A stretch of DNA of 64,000 nt from an uncultured Acidimicrobiia bacterium (GCA_963786955.1 CAWBAT010000007.1:96001-160000); one strand, 5' to 3'; positions 30,934 to 41,885 are shown, counted from the first letter of the stretch. Numbers and translations are program-made. The notes: generated by a model from the letters alone, not told the origin.

Positions 30934-32576
30934 ATGTTAAAGCGAAACATTAGGTTTGTTCCTATGATCTTTTTCTTGTTCTTGACGACCTCAAGGATAG
31001 GCATGACTGGCAAAGTGGCTCTTCCTAGCGTCCAGCAAAGTGCCTGGCAGGATCTCCATATTGGAATGTTCGTACAACTTCGCTCCCAACACCTGGCAAG
31101 ACAAAGAGAATGACGATCTCTCCACGCCGCTTTCTGAAATCAATCCTCAAAACCTTGATACTGAGCAATGGGCCGACACTGCGGTCAAAATGAGAGCAAA
31201 GTACATTGTGTTTGTGGCCAAGCACACGGGCGGGTTTTGCATGTGGCAAACGGAAACAACGGAGTACAGCATCAAGAACATATCCTGGCGAGGGGGGAAA
31301 GGCGATGTCGTTGCGGATCTGGCTGCTTCTTGCAAGAAACGTGGGCTGGGCCTTGGAGTCTATTTGTCAGCTGAAGATCGAAAGCTGGGGGCCGGTTTGT
31401 CAGGAATGTGCAAAACTGCCGAGGAGCAGAATGTCTACAACAATGTTTACAGAAAACAGCTCGCCGAGCTACTCACCAAATACGGCCCAATGGTTGAGAT
31501 CTGGTTTGGCGGCGATTTGGTTGTGCCAGTAAAAGACATCCTTGAAACCTATGCTCCACCAGGCTATGATTTATCAAGGTCCCCTTGCCACCATTCGTTG
31601 GGTCGGAAACCATGCCGGCTGGGCCCCCTATCCGGCCTGGAATGCCGTCGATAATCGGGACGCCCAGACGGGGGGAGCCACCTCGATTCACGGAGATCCC
31701 GACGGAGATACCTGGCTTCCCAATGAGGTGGATGTTTCGCTGCGCAGCCCTTCTTGGTTTTGGAATTCCACCAACCAGAACAAGGTCTTGTCGCTCGATG
31801 ATTTGATCGAAATCTTTTATCGCTCGGTGGGGAGAGGAACGCAGTTGTTGATGAACGTCGCCCCGGATCGAACAGGTTTGATTCCTGTGGCAGATGTTGA
31901 ACGCGCCCAGGAATTTGGAGATGAAATACGGAAGCGCTTTGGCAAAGCCTTGGCTGAGACCCGGGGGACAGGCTACCGCATCGAACTTAAATTTTCGAAA
32001 CCGATGCAGTTGGACCACGCCATTCTCATGGAAGAGATCAGCCAGGGAGAACGAGTCAGAGAATATGAGCTTGAAGGGTTGCGGCGAGGAAGGTGGATTC
32101 CGCTCGCTCGAGGAACCGCAATAGGCCAAATCCGTATTCAACCATTTTCGTCCATCGAAGTGGAGGCGATCCGCGTGCGCACCACAAGTTCATCTAATCT
32201 CCCGATACTTCGAAGGCTGGCCGTGTTTGCAACGAATGTCCCGCCTCCAAAAAGTTGGGAGGCTCAGCCGAAAATCTGGTCAGATAACCAGATTGGAAGC
32301 TGGACGCGGGACCACTTCGAAGTGAATTTTTCGGACAAGATTAAAGCTTCAGGCGAATATCTAATGCGCTTTGTTCCGGAAGGGGGGACACCGATCCTGG
32401 TCTTTAATCTGGAGATCCTGGTCGGGGGAGTTCCTCAGCCGCAGATCCTGAAAGAAGTGGCGGGTAAGAAAAATTTATATGATTTGACTTTGCCTGCCAA
32501 TGGGCCAATCGTCACGATCCGCGGGCAGATACGTGGAGCGGAAGCCGGGACAGTCTTATTACGGAAAAAATTCTAA
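30934..32576 (+). pseudogene. Alpha-L-fucosidase (GH29), disrupted by two +1 frameshifts
   Basis: Starts at ATG 30934 after AAGGAG. PSVQQSAWQDLHIGMFV | FAPNTWQD is split at ~31076 and YAP | QAMIYQG at ~31559. AKHTGGFCMW and SVGRGTQLLMNVAPD are present; the usual catalytic WFDG reads WFGG. Confidence 0.8.
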
Positions 32577-32634
32577 TTAAAGCCTCTGGCTTTGGTCTAT
32601 TTTCAAGGGCCATTGGCCATGAAGTGAGGTCTCA

Positions 32635-33729
32635 ATGCACATCGAAGACCTGGACACACCTGCGATCCTTGTTGATCTGGACATCCTAGAGAGAAATCTA
32701 GATTCTCTTGCCCATTACTGCCGGCAAAACCAAATTGCCTTGCGTCCGCACACCAAGACACACAAGACCCCACAGATTGCCAAAATGCAAATCGCGTCCG
32801 GATGTCATGGGATTACCGTTGCAAAGGTTGGCGAAGCTGAAGTGATGGCGAAATCGGGAATAGAAGACATTTTGATTGCTTATCCCATTGTCGGGCAGTC
32901 GAAAATAGAACGACTGACCAAGCTGGCGCAGTTAAGCAAAATCGCCGTGAGTCTGGATTCCCTCGAAGTGGCTCAGTCCATCTCAGAGGCTGCTCGTCAG
33001 GCGGGATGCCATATTCAGATTCTGGTTGAGTTTGACGTAGGAATGCATCGCTGCGGCCTTCAGTCGATTTCGGAGTGGTTGAGAGTGGCACAGGGAGTCG
33101 ATCAATTACAAAATCTTCAATTCAAGGGATTGATGTTTTACCCCGGCCACATCTGGGATCCCCCGGATCAGCAGACCGCAGCTCTCAATCAATTGAGCGC
33201 TACGATTGAAGAGATCCGGCTTGAGTCCGAAAAGGCGGGCCTGGCTATGGAAACGGTCAGTGGGGGGAGTACTCCGACAGCTTACAACAGTCACCGGGTT
33301 AGAGGTCTCACTGAAATTCGAGCGGGTACTTATGTTTTTTACGACATGAATGAATTGAAAGCCGGCTTTTGTCAGCTCTCTCAATGTGCCTTAAGAGTAC
33401 TGGTGACTGTCGTCAGCCACGCTGTAGAAGGGCGTGCCATGATTGACGGGGGTTCAAAAACTTTTTCAGGAGATCGTCTCGTATCCGGAGATCGGCTGGG
33501 ATTTGGACTGGTTACCGAGGATCCAGGCATTCAATTTGTAAGCATGTCAGAAGAGCATGGGCATCTCGATATTAGCCGCGCAAACCACAGGCCTCGGGCG
33601 GGGGACAAGCTGACGGTGATCCCAAATCACGTTTGTAGTTGCGTCAATATGCACGACCAGATTTATTACCATCGCAACGGTATTGTTGAAGAGGTGTGGA
33701 CCGTTGAAGGGCGCGGGAAGATCCGGTAA
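32635..33729 (+). CDS. PLP-dependent D-threonine aldolase / D-serine dehydratase (DSD1) family enzyme
   Basis: LDTPA, LRPHTKTHK, GGSTPT, EIRAGTYVF, SEEHG and IPNHVC. Confidence 0.88.
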   Translation: MHIEDLDTPAILVDLDILERNLDSLAHYCRQNQIALRPHTKTHKTPQIAKMQIASGCHGITVAKVGEAEVMAKSGIEDILIAYPIVGQSKIERLTKLAQLSKIAVSLDSLEVAQSISEAARQAGCHIQILVEFDVGMHRCGLQSISEWLRVAQGVDQLQNLQFKGLMFYPGHIWDPPDQQTAALNQLSATIEEIRLESEKAGLAMETVSGGSTPTAYNSHRVRGLTEIRAGTYVFYDMNELKAGFCQLSQCALRVLVTVVSHAVEGRAMIDGGSKTFSGDRLVSGDRLGFGLVTEDPGIQFVSMSEEHGHLDISRANHRPRAGDKLTVIPNHVCSCVNMHDQIYYHRNGIVEEVWTVEGRGKIR

Positions 33730-33839
33730 GAGGCTTTGTCCGTGGGAGCGCAGGCATCTTGCCCGCATTTTGTCATTAACGAACCCGTCTCTACACCCTG
33801 GAGTGTGAAAGAATTGATGAGCGGGCTTATTGAGGGTTT

Positions 33840-33901
33840 GTAGTGACGACTTTAGTCGTTTCTTTTCAACCTGACTCTGGCACGACTGAAGTCGTTACTA
33901 C
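33840..33901. repeat. Inverted GTAG REP doublet
   Basis: GTAGTGACGACTTTAGTCGT...ACGACTGAAGTCGTTACTAC. Confidence 0.7.
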
Positions 33902-34056
33902 GATCTTTTCACACCTTCCCTTCTGTGAATTGAACTTCCCGGGGATTATTTAGACTCTGCTCCAGATTCTCAGTAACTCCCTCGATTAGCTGAATTGACT
34001 AAGACTTGCCAGCCACTGAGAAAAGGGGAAATGTGTTTCAGTGAAGTCTTGACTTA

Positions 34057-34123
34057 GGCGGAACGCGCGCTCCGCCGCGCGTTCGTGGAGCGTGCGCGGG
34101 GGACAGCAGCGCCCGCTCCACCT
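34057..34123. repeat. GC-rich REP-like palindromes between convergent genes
   Basis: GGCGGAACGCGCGCTCCGCCGCGCGTTC...GCGCCCGCTCCACC. Confidence 0.5.
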
Positions 34124-34153
34124 AGTGATGCTAAAGCAACTTCGGAATCCGGG

Positions 34154-35788
34154 TTAAGTACCTCCATCTCGTTCCCGGACAACCCATCCGTAGTTCTCAA
34201 GAAATCTCAACAGGACAGGATCTTTCACCGAAAGCGGAGGCAGCCAGTTTCCCAGCTGGCTGCGGATCCACCAGGCGCCGCTCTTGTCCTGAGGTGGGGC
34301 AAACTGATAGTTGTAGAGTTTGGCTCGAATATAGTGAGGGGGCGAGCTTGGAAATGGATTGGTGGCCAAGAGTCCGAGCGCTCCTGGATCATTGTGCAGC
34401 AACTTCCAGATAAAATGTACAGTCCATGGGTACTGGTCGGGGCTGGACATGGCGGCGAACCATATTTGCCAATCAAGCCGGTATTGATAGGGGGCGACGA
34501 TACAGGGACGGCGATAGGGGTCGCCAGGTTTGCACTTGAATTCATATTCCTTCCATTGAGTGCTGCTAGTGATTGTAGCATCTTCTGTCCCTTCGAAGAT
34601 GATTTCATTGCGCATCTGGCCGACGCTTCCGAATGCGCCGTAGGTGTTGACCAGATGGAGTGGGTCAAAAGAGGTGTTCATTGCCTGTTCAGGCGAGAGC
34701 AAATTAGTGATGGGGGAAATGCTCAATACGGCGACGAGGACGGCCAGCACAGGAACCAGAATTGTCTGGCTTCGCGATGTCCGGGCGGTGTCTCGGGCTT
34801 GGGCAACTCGGGCAACTAAACTTCTAGGGAAAATATGACATAAGAGGGTGTCGTCAAAACAGGCCAGGGCCGGGACAATCGTCAACCAATTCAGGAAAGA
34901 AAGATTTCCGCTGAAAATCAGAATCACCTGAAAGGAGAAGAGCAAGAGGCCAGCTATATGACGGGCGCGGCGCGGCCCAAAGACAAACCAGGGGCAAACC
35001 AGTTCGTTGAAATGGTTCCAGAGCGCACCCAAATTGTGAAACCAGTGAGGCATGAAGTGCAGGGTGCGGCTGAGCGGGTTGGGAATGGGTTGCGTTTCGT
35101 AGTGATAGTAAAGGCAAGTGAGATCGCGCCAGCAAGCATCTCCCCGAATCTTGATGAGGCCTGCACCTAACATAATCCTGAAAATCAGCCAGCGAAACAT
35201 CCAGATGACCAGGACTGGCGGCGGTCGGCGGGGGAATGGCCGCCCATCCATCAACGGGCAAAGGAAGATTGCCAGAAACCCTGTTTCGAGCAACTGAATC
35301 TCCCATCCGTAAGAATACCAGTCCTGGCCGATATGGACGAAGGAGAGGTACAGCCCCCACAGTGCGGCCATGAGAATGGCATTGGCATATCCGAAAAGCA
35401 CCAGCAGTGAAAGGCCCGCGCCCAGCCAGCTTAAGGAAAGGAGCCACGGATCAGAGACACCGACCCAGAATAGGCTGGGCAGCTGCCAGAAGGCAGACCC
35501 ACGCGAACCGAGGAAACGCTCAGCCTGGCGGAGGTACAAATCGGCAGGCAACAAGCCGTCCTTCCCAATGAGTGGCAGGACCTGGTTGGCCAGCGATAAA
35601 AAGGCGACGAAATAGACTAGTCCTAGCCAGCGTAAAATTAGAAAGCGTGTCAGCCAATAGGGCTGCGGTTGCTGCAAAGACGCGCTCAGCCTCTTCCGGA
35701 GGGAGGTGAGCCCACCTTGGCCGAGGTCGATGTACGCCGAAATGGACGAAGACTGGTTCACTGCCACATCGGTCGGATTAGCATGCAC
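34154..35788 (-). CDS. Lipase maturation factor (LMF1-like) membrane protein
   Basis: YGWEIQLLETGF, GAGLIKIRGD.CWRDLT, HYETQPIPNP, NTYGAFGS and RLDWQIWFAA. Confidence 0.92.
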   Translation of the reverse strand: MHANPTDVAVNQSSSISAYIDLGQGGLTSLRKRLSASLQQPQPYWLTRFLILRWLGLVYFVAFLSLANQVLPLIGKDGLLPADLYLRQAERFLGSRGSAFWQLPSLFWVGVSDPWLLSLSWLGAGLSLLVLFGYANAILMAALWGLYLSFVHIGQDWYSYGWEIQLLETGFLAIFLCPLMDGRPFPRRPPPVLVIWMFRWLIFRIMLGAGLIKIRGDACWRDLTCLYYHYETQPIPNPLSRTLHFMPHWFHNLGALWNHFNELVCPWFVFGPRRARHIAGLLLFSFQVILIFSGNLSFLNWLTIVPALACFDDTLLCHIFPRSLVARVAQARDTARTSRSQTILVPVLAVLVAVLSISPITNLLSPEQAMNTSFDPLHLVNTYGAFGSVGQMRNEIIFEGTEDATITSSTQWKEYEFKCKPGDPYRRPCIVAPYQYRLDWQIWFAAMSSPDQYPWTVHFIWKLLHNDPGALGLLATNPFPSSPPHYIRAKLYNYQFAPPQDKSGAWWIRSQLGNWLPPLSVKDPVLLRFLENYGWVVRERDGGT

Positions 35789-35884
35789 GTCGATTCAACC
35801 TGTAGGGGCAAAGCTTTCGTCACTAGAAAAGAAATTCTTCCCAATATCCCCAGCGAATGCTTTGCCCTTTCAATTACGATGGCT

Positions 35885-36481
35885 TCAGCGCTGAACCATC
35901 TTTTTCCAATAGGCGATGGCGAGGACTAAGAAAACCAAGGAGGTTAGTATGGTTAACACAATCAACAGGTTATTGTGGAGCAGGTCTAGCACCACATGCC
36001 AGTTCTCTCCGAAAAAGTACCCAAGCAAAAGAAACGAAGAAACCCAGACAAAAGCGCCGGAATAAGCAAAGGCCATGAAAGTAGGAGCTTCCAATTCTGA
36101 GAGGCCAGCCGCTATTGCGGTCAGGTGCCTGACCCCCGGCACGAAGTAACCTACCGCCAAAGTCCAGTACCCGATTCTTCTGAACCAATCATGGGTCTTA
36201 TCCAGTCGTTCTGGAGTGATTCCAAAGTATCTTCCGTAATGGGAGACCACCCTCCGGCCGAGCAGCCGTCCCAGCAAATAGCTTATCGAAATACCGCAAC
36301 TACTGCCCAGGCAACCCGCAATGAGCGTCGCAACCGGGTGCAGAATACCCCGAAATATCAAATACCCGGAGAAAACAAGTAATGTCTCGTCCGGCACGGG
36401 TAATCCGACAATGCCGAGGAGCAACAACGAAAAAATTCCGAAATAACCGTAAGACGATATCCAATGTTCAATGTGTTCCAT
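35885..36481 (-). CDS. DedA-family membrane protein
   Basis: GLPVPDETLL, GYFVPGVRH and AGLS..FM. Start taken at MEHIEHW. Confidence 0.88.
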   Translation of the reverse strand: MEHIEHWISSYGYFGIFSLLLLGIVGLPVPDETLLVFSGYLIFRGILHPVATLIAGCLGSSCGISISYLLGRLLGRRVVSHYGRYFGITPERLDKTHDWFRRIGYWTLAVGYFVPGVRHLTAIAAGLSELEAPTFMAFAYSGAFVWVSSFLLLGYFFGENWHVVLDLLHNNLLIVLTILTSLVFLVLAIAYWKKMVQR

Positions 36482-36563
36482 TTGTGTCCAGGAAGTTAAA
36501 CGATGATGCAGAGGTGTTTCGCGCGAACTGACTACCAAACCGGAGAAATGTCGACTCGCAGTG

Positions 36564-37433
36564 TTACTGATGCATTCTCCATCCACCGCCAACATAAAGG
36601 AGCTGTCCTGTTAGCCAATGGGCTTGTTCAGAGGCCAGAAAGACAATCACCTCGGCTACGTCCCTCGGAGATCCGATCCGGCCGAGCGGAGTATTCGAAG
36701 CGATGTTCTCGACCTCTTGAGGTGTCAGGTAACCAGTCTGAATCGGGCCTGGAGCTACAACATTTACCGTAATCCCATATTTGCCTAGTTCAACGGCCGC
36801 TGAACGGCTGTAGGACTCAATGGCATGTTTGCTGGCGGCGTAACTGATGTTGGCGGCATGCGCATGCGCCGCATCGGTGCTCACATTGATGACCCGACCG
36901 CCGCGGGCCTTTCTTTTGAGATAGCGCTGCACATATTCAGTCATCATGAGAGCATAGGCTCGTGCATTGACCACAAAGTGTGCGTCAATAACAGATGGGG
37001 TGGGAAGGTGAATTCCAAAGCCTTCATCGGTGACTAGCCCGGGGTCAAAGGTTTCCAGAACGCAATAAGTGTGATTGTTGATCAGAATATCCACTGGACC
37101 CAGCGACCGTTCACATCGGTCAAACAAGCGGGGAATGACGGCAGGATCGGACAGATCGACTTCATGGGCGGCACAAATACCCCCCTCGGCTTGAATCGCT
37201 TGGACTAAAGGCTCTGGAGGCGTTTGCTGCATCGCCCGGAAAAAAGTTTCTCCGCCCAGGCCTGCCTGGCGTGATTCCTCTAACTCCTTTTCGGAAAAGC
37301 GGCAGGGCTCACGATAGAAAGTAATAAAAACCTTCGCTTGCTGCTCTGCAAATGCCTTGGCGGTGGCTGCGCCAATGCCGTGATTGGCGCCGGTAACGAG
37401 AACTACTTTATTTTTGAGTTGAGTGTCAATCAT
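36564..37433 (-). CDS. SDR-family oxidoreductase (FabG-like)
   Basis: TGANHGIG, YAASK, NVVAPGPIQTG and GQLLYVGGG. Confidence 0.92.
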   Translation of the reverse strand: MIDTQLKNKVVLVTGANHGIGAATAKAFAEQQAKVFITFYREPCRFSEKELEESRQAGLGGETFFRAMQQTPPEPLVQAIQAEGGICAAHEVDLSDPAVIPRLFDRCERSLGPVDILINNHTYCVLETFDPGLVTDEGFGIHLPTPSVIDAHFVVNARAYALMMTEYVQRYLKRKARGGRVINVSTDAAHAHAANISYAASKHAIESYSRSAAVELGKYGITVNVVAPGPIQTGYLTPQEVENIASNTPLGRIGSPRDVAEVIVFLASEQAHWLTGQLLYVGGGWRMHQ

Positions 37434-37455
37434 GGGAATGACTCCTTGAACAAAC

Positions 37456-39543
37456 CTACTTCCATTTGACTACGCCCGCTTTGACCAGATCTTCGAGATA
37501 TCTCGCGATGGCTTCGGTCTTGAACGGAGTAAACTCTGCACTGAGAGCATTGCGGATTTCTGATACCGTGCGTTTGCCATCAATGAAATTGACCAGCTCG
37601 AAGCGGGCATCACCATGCAGAGGGAAGTCGGGTGAACGATACCAAGCTCGCTCCTGCTCCGGCAGGCTGCTTTCAGGAAGACTGAAACTCAGGGGGCCTC
37701 GTGTCAAACGCAAGGGAATACGTCCATCCATTTTCGGCTCAATAGGGGAAACAGCGGAAGCATCCAGGCCGCAGGACTGAGCGAGGGTTCGTAATCCCGT
37801 TGCGAGAGACAGGTGTTGCGTCCCGAGTATTTCCTGCATGGCTTTGACTGCAGTTTGGACATCACTTGCATCGTTAAAATAAAGAATGGAGGCCATCACT
37901 TGTTTTTCACGATTTAGCGCCAGATTCAAGATGTTTTGTGCCTCTGCCCAAGTGAGAGCACACGGTTCCTTCGTCCCCGCAGTCATCAGGCGATGACTGC
38001 GCAACGCTGCCAACCCCAGACGTTCGGCGGCCTTTGCCCCTGTCCAAGAAACCCACTCAAGAGCTTGCACTGGATCAAGATTTGCCAAGTACCACAAGGC
38101 TCCTGTAGCGATGATCTCGCTGCGTTCCAGTTCTATGGGATCGACTTTGTCTGGTGTATCTTCGGAGGTATGATGGGTATAATCGGGGCTGTGGGACAGC
38201 ATGATCCCGGGTATCTTTCGGTCGATGAACATCATGTGGTCACTGCCTCCAGTATAAGGAGTCACCTGATAATTGGGGAGGGAGAGGCTTCCCCTGAGTG
38301 TCCGGATGTTCATCCGCGCAACCATGGCAGCGAGGTCAGCCACCAAGTCGTTCACTGCAGACGGCAAGGAATCGGGTGTCTGTGTAACAATCAGCTGCGA
38401 ATGCAGCAATTCGAGTTGCTCCCCAACCATGTCCAAGTTCAGATTCGCGAGAAATCTTCCTCCGAGAGCTGGGCCGGCCAGCTCCGGGTGGGCGTCTACG
38501 TAAGCCATTGTGCCGTTCCACTCTGGAACCCAGAGGAATCGCAGGGTCCGTTTTGGCTGAGGCAATTTCCCGGAATCGATCAAGTTTTTGAGCGACCGCG
38601 CGATGTCGAGTATCGCCGCTGAACCGCTGGCGTTGTCGTTTGCAGATTCCTTTGGATGATCGAGGTGGGCGCTGAAAACCAATTCCTCGTCTGGGTGTTC
38701 CGAGCCAAGGATTTTTGCGACAACCACATCGATGAAGTAGGGCTCCAGCCCTGTGCCAGAGACCGTGCCTTTCAAAACAACCTTCTTTCCCTCTAAGAGT
38801 AGGTCGCGGAGCTTTTTCCCTTGCCGATGAGTGAGATTGAATCCGAAGGTCACCCTGTCCAGTTCCTCGGCGCGCGGCCACATGCCGGTATACTGCAGCA
38901 TATCAGGATGATCTTGAGCGCGCGCATCATCGAGATAGCAGACTACGGCACGAGCTCCGTACTTCAGGACAGCCAAGCGGTGAACGTCGCCGCCATACCC
39001 GGTAGCCAGCACCATCTTCCCGGCTATGTCTTTGCCGGCATAGTCGGCATCGGTCACGCCTGCCCCCACCCATACCAACTCTGTCGTGACGTTTCCCGGG
39101 TTTGAGTTGGTGATGACGCTCATCGCGATTTCGGGATAACCGACAATCCGCTCTTCAAACGGTTCGAGCATCCGTAGCTCCGCGGACTGGATGTCCCAAC
39201 CCGAAGGCGATTGCCAGGTCTGATAGGTTACTTTTCCATTCGACGGGAAGGATTCGATGAAGGCCTCTTTTTCGTCGAAGCCGAACTGGCGTAGTTGAGC
39301 GAGGACGTATTGGGCTGCGGCCCTGTACCCGCGAGACGATTGAATCCGATGGTGTCGGGTGATTTCAATAACATGTTCTTTGGCGAGTTCGCCACTGAGT
39401 TCTTCATGCAAGAGGTCACGCAGTTTTGCATCCAGCAGACCGGAGTGCGCCTGAGCATTCAAAGAGACCGCTAACGCCAAGGTTAATCCACTAAAGAGGA
39501 GCACACGGATTCCGATTTCACGTCGAATGAGCCTTGAAGTCAC
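37456..39543 (-). CDS. Secreted M28-family peptidase with PA domain (DUF4910-like)
   Basis: Signal peptide, SAHLDH, ANDNASG, PEW, NLDMVG, GSDH and HHTSEDT. Confidence 0.85.
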   Translation of the reverse strand: MTSRLIRREIGIRVLLFSGLTLALAVSLNAQAHSGLLDAKLRDLLHEELSGELAKEHVIEITRHHRIQSSRGYRAAAQYVLAQLRQFGFDEKEAFIESFPSNGKVTYQTWQSPSGWDIQSAELRMLEPFEERIVGYPEIAMSVITNSNPGNVTTELVWVGAGVTDADYAGKDIAGKMVLATGYGGDVHRLAVLKYGARAVVCYLDDARAQDHPDMLQYTGMWPRAEELDRVTFGFNLTHRQGKKLRDLLLEGKKVVLKGTVSGTGLEPYFIDVVVAKILGSEHPDEELVFSAHLDHPKESANDNASGSAAILDIARSLKNLIDSGKLPQPKRTLRFLWVPEWNGTMAYVDAHPELAGPALGGRFLANLNLDMVGEQLELLHSQLIVTQTPDSLPSAVNDLVADLAAMVARMNIRTLRGSLSLPNYQVTPYTGGSDHMMFIDRKIPGIMLSHSPDYTHHTSEDTPDKVDPIELERSEIIATGALWYLANLDPVQALEWVSWTGAKAAERLGLAALRSHRLMTAGTKEPCALTWAEAQNILNLALNREKQVMASILYFNDASDVQTAVKAMQEILGTQHLSLATGLRTLAQSCGLDASAVSPIEPKMDGRIPLRLTRGPLSFSLPESSLPEQERAWYRSPDFPLHGDARFELVNFIDGKRTVSEIRNALSAEFTPFKTEAIARYLEDLVKAGVVKWK

Positions 39544-39570
39544 GATCTTACAACCTCGAGCCGGTTTGAA

Positions 39571-40950
39571 TTACCCGGAAATGAACTTGAGAATTGCCCC
39601 CATTGCCTCACGCAGCGCGCCTTGTTCCATTCCATAGCGCAAGCGCTGCTTCAAAGGGTTCCGATAGGAATAAGGGATGGCCCGCATGACTTTCCCCGCC
39701 AGGCGGAGGGATTGTCGTTCGATGCGACTACTCCGAGAGAAACGGTGCAATTTGGCTTTAGCCTGCTTCCGAAATTGTCGCGGTGCATCCAAGAGTGCAT
39801 CCAGAATGACCGAACTGGAAACCTGTTGGATTTCAGGAAGAGGGCAACGCGCACAAATGATTTCAGCAGGATACTCCCCTTCAACCTCGGTGAGGCAGCG
39901 TCGAGCTTCCTGCAGACAAGAACTATTCCACAGTCGATGAAAGGCCCCTTGACCCAGTTCCCCCCAGTTGGGATCGCCAGGATATCTCCCGCAACAAGAA
40001 GATAAGGACCCGTCTGCATTGATGCAGGCCTTCAAATAGAGCCAGTCGCAGGGATAACGTTCAAGGGAGGGTGTGGCGGATTCCGAACGCGTTACTCCGT
40101 CATGACGGATGTCTCCGAGAGCAGCGGTCCCGTGCAGACTATCTTCGTCGATGGCCCGGGCTAGATTATTCTTTTCTCCGGACAGTTGGGTGAGTTTTGC
40201 GTACTGGGCCGGCTGTCTGTCCCGTATGGCTTTCTCGGATTGATAAGGTTCACGGACGAATCGATCTTGGGAGGGTAACCAATCGGGGTGCCTGTTCAAG
40301 TCAACATAGGGAGCTGAGGGCCGGAAATCAACTCCAATTTCTTGGGCATGTTGAGATGCTTTCGGTAATTCATGCTCATTAAATGAAAACACCAGATACT
40401 GCCAAACCAATCGTGGCTTCTCTAATTTCAGTTGGTGCCGCAGTCGCGCCAGTGTTTCGAGGTTCGACATGGCCAGACGGAAATCCCCCTGGACGCGGTA
40501 GGTCTCGTAAGTTTCCTGGCTAAAGCCATCTATGGAAATGATGACATAGTCGGGTTGACAGCGAATAAACTGTTCCAAAAACTCTTCGGTAAGTGGTAAG
40601 GAAATATTCGTGCTTAGACGGACCCTGATGGCGTGCCTTTTCAAATACGCAATCATGTCCAGGAGCCTTTTATTCAGAAAAGGCTCTCCCCAGTTATCGA
40701 GATCAACATGAAAAAGGTATGGCGCCAGCTCGTCAATGAGGGACTTGAATAAATTCCAATCCAATGCGGTGTAGGGCTGTAGTGGCGAAGTCATCCCGTG
40801 AATACAAAAGGGACATTTGAGCTGACAGACCGAGGCTGCATCCAGAGTCAAACTGATAGGATAACTTTCCACTCTCTGTTTGTGAGCCTGCTGTTCTTCC
40901 AAAGCACGGAACAAATTCTCATATCTTCTCTGGATGCCCTGCTCGTACAC
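39571..40950 (-). CDS. Radical SAM/SPASM-domain protein
   Basis: CQLKCPFC, WGEPFL and SPASM Cys residues (PCDW...SCC...CARC). Confidence 0.88.
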   Translation of the reverse strand: MYEQGIQRRYENLFRALEEQQAHKQRVESYPISLTLDAASVCQLKCPFCIHGMTSPLQPYTALDWNLFKSLIDELAPYLFHVDLDNWGEPFLNKRLLDMIAYLKRHAIRVRLSTNISLPLTEEFLEQFIRCQPDYVIISIDGFSQETYETYRVQGDFRLAMSNLETLARLRHQLKLEKPRLVWQYLVFSFNEHELPKASQHAQEIGVDFRPSAPYVDLNRHPDWLPSQDRFVREPYQSEKAIRDRQPAQYAKLTQLSGEKNNLARAIDEDSLHGTAALGDIRHDGVTRSESATPSLERYPCDWLYLKACINADGSLSSCCGRYPGDPNWGELGQGAFHRLWNSSCLQEARRCLTEVEGEYPAEIICARCPLPEIQQVSSSVILDALLDAPRQFRKQAKAKLHRFSRSSRIERQSLRLAGKVMRAIPYSYRNPLKQRLRYGMEQGALREAMGAILKFISG

Positions 40951-41215
40951 TCGTTCACTCCCGTTTCAGTTTTTCAGTCCAACATTAAAGTTCACCAGTA
41001 GAAATCGCGAAAAAGGAAATTCCCGTCCGGTGGAGTTTCGCATTATCTTTTCTCTTTGTATTCTCTGACGCCATCTACCCATCGCGGGGATGAGGTGAGT
41101 TTGTATTTGTCAAAGCTCTCTTCATCCGCCAGAAACCAGCGGAGAGTCGGGTTGAGAGAGGCGTAGGGCGATTCGGCAAAGAAGGGATGGAGTGCCAATA
41201 TTCTTCCCCTCAATT

Positions 41216-41277
41216 TACCGCGAATACACGCGAATTAACGCTAATCATGTTTTTTGTTTCGCGTTCATTGGCGTTCA
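41216..41277. repeat. 9-nt tandem repeats (e.g. AACGCSAAT) forming inverted arrays downstream of the GxxExxY gene
   Basis: ACCGCGAAT ACACGCGAAT TAACGCTAAT versus TTTCGCGTT CATTGGCGTT CAT; a matching array lies upstream at 41655-41686. Confidence 0.65.
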
Positions 41278-41678
41278 TGAGTGGTTTTTTTTGTATTGGC
41301 ATAGCGCTTCCATTCGAGTTGAGGCGTGCCAAAATTGACGATCAAACCAAGCGGCAGCTTCGTGGCGTTAAGATAGTTCAACAGTTGCGCCTCTTCCAGT
41401 TCGGTTATTTCTTTGATCGCCTTAATCTCCACGATAATGCGGTCGAAACAAAGAAAATCAGCTACATATTCTTTTTGAAGTATCCGATCCCTGTATTGAA
41501 TCTGAATCTTTTTCTGCGCCTCAAAAGGAACACGGCTTTCTTTTAACTCGATCTCCATCGCCTCCTGATACACCGCCTCAAGAAAGCCACAGCCCAGCGT
41601 ATTAGAAACCGTCATTGCCGACCCGACAATACGGTACGTCTCTTCTTTATAGATTAATTCGCGTTGATTGGCGTTCAT
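41265..41678 (-). CDS. GxxExxY protein (PD-(D/E)XK nuclease-like)
   Basis: GCGFLEAVYQEA, YVADFL, IIVEIKA and QLLNYL..GLIVNFG. Confidence 0.92.
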   Translation of the reverse strand: MNANQRELIYKEETYRIVGSAMTVSNTLGCGFLEAVYQEAMEIELKESRVPFEAQKKIQIQYRDRILQKEYVADFLCFDRIIVEIKAIKEITELEEAQLLNYLNATKLPLGLIVNFGTPQLEWKRYANTKKTTHERQ

Positions 41679-41860
41679 TAGCGGTTCCTACCGCGTACAC
41701 CTACTTTAACAATCGTTATGGTGTCATTGCCGAAGATTTCCACCACTTTGACCGCCAGCTTACGCCGACCCGGAGCGCAATTGTGAAAAACACTGCTCAG
41801 TTCCAGCGAGCGGTCTTTCTTGGTGCGGAAGGATTCCCACTCGTTCTCAAAATAGCTTGC
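41678..41860 (-). pseudogene. C-terminal remnant of a site-specific adenine DNA methyltransferase
   Basis: FENEWESFRTKKDRSLEL...GRRKLAVKVVEIFGNDT matches the typical C-terminal tail of Mod-like methyltransferases; no upstream catalytic part is present. Confidence 0.65.
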
Positions 41861-41885
41861 CCTAATGGCCAGGGTTATCACCCCT

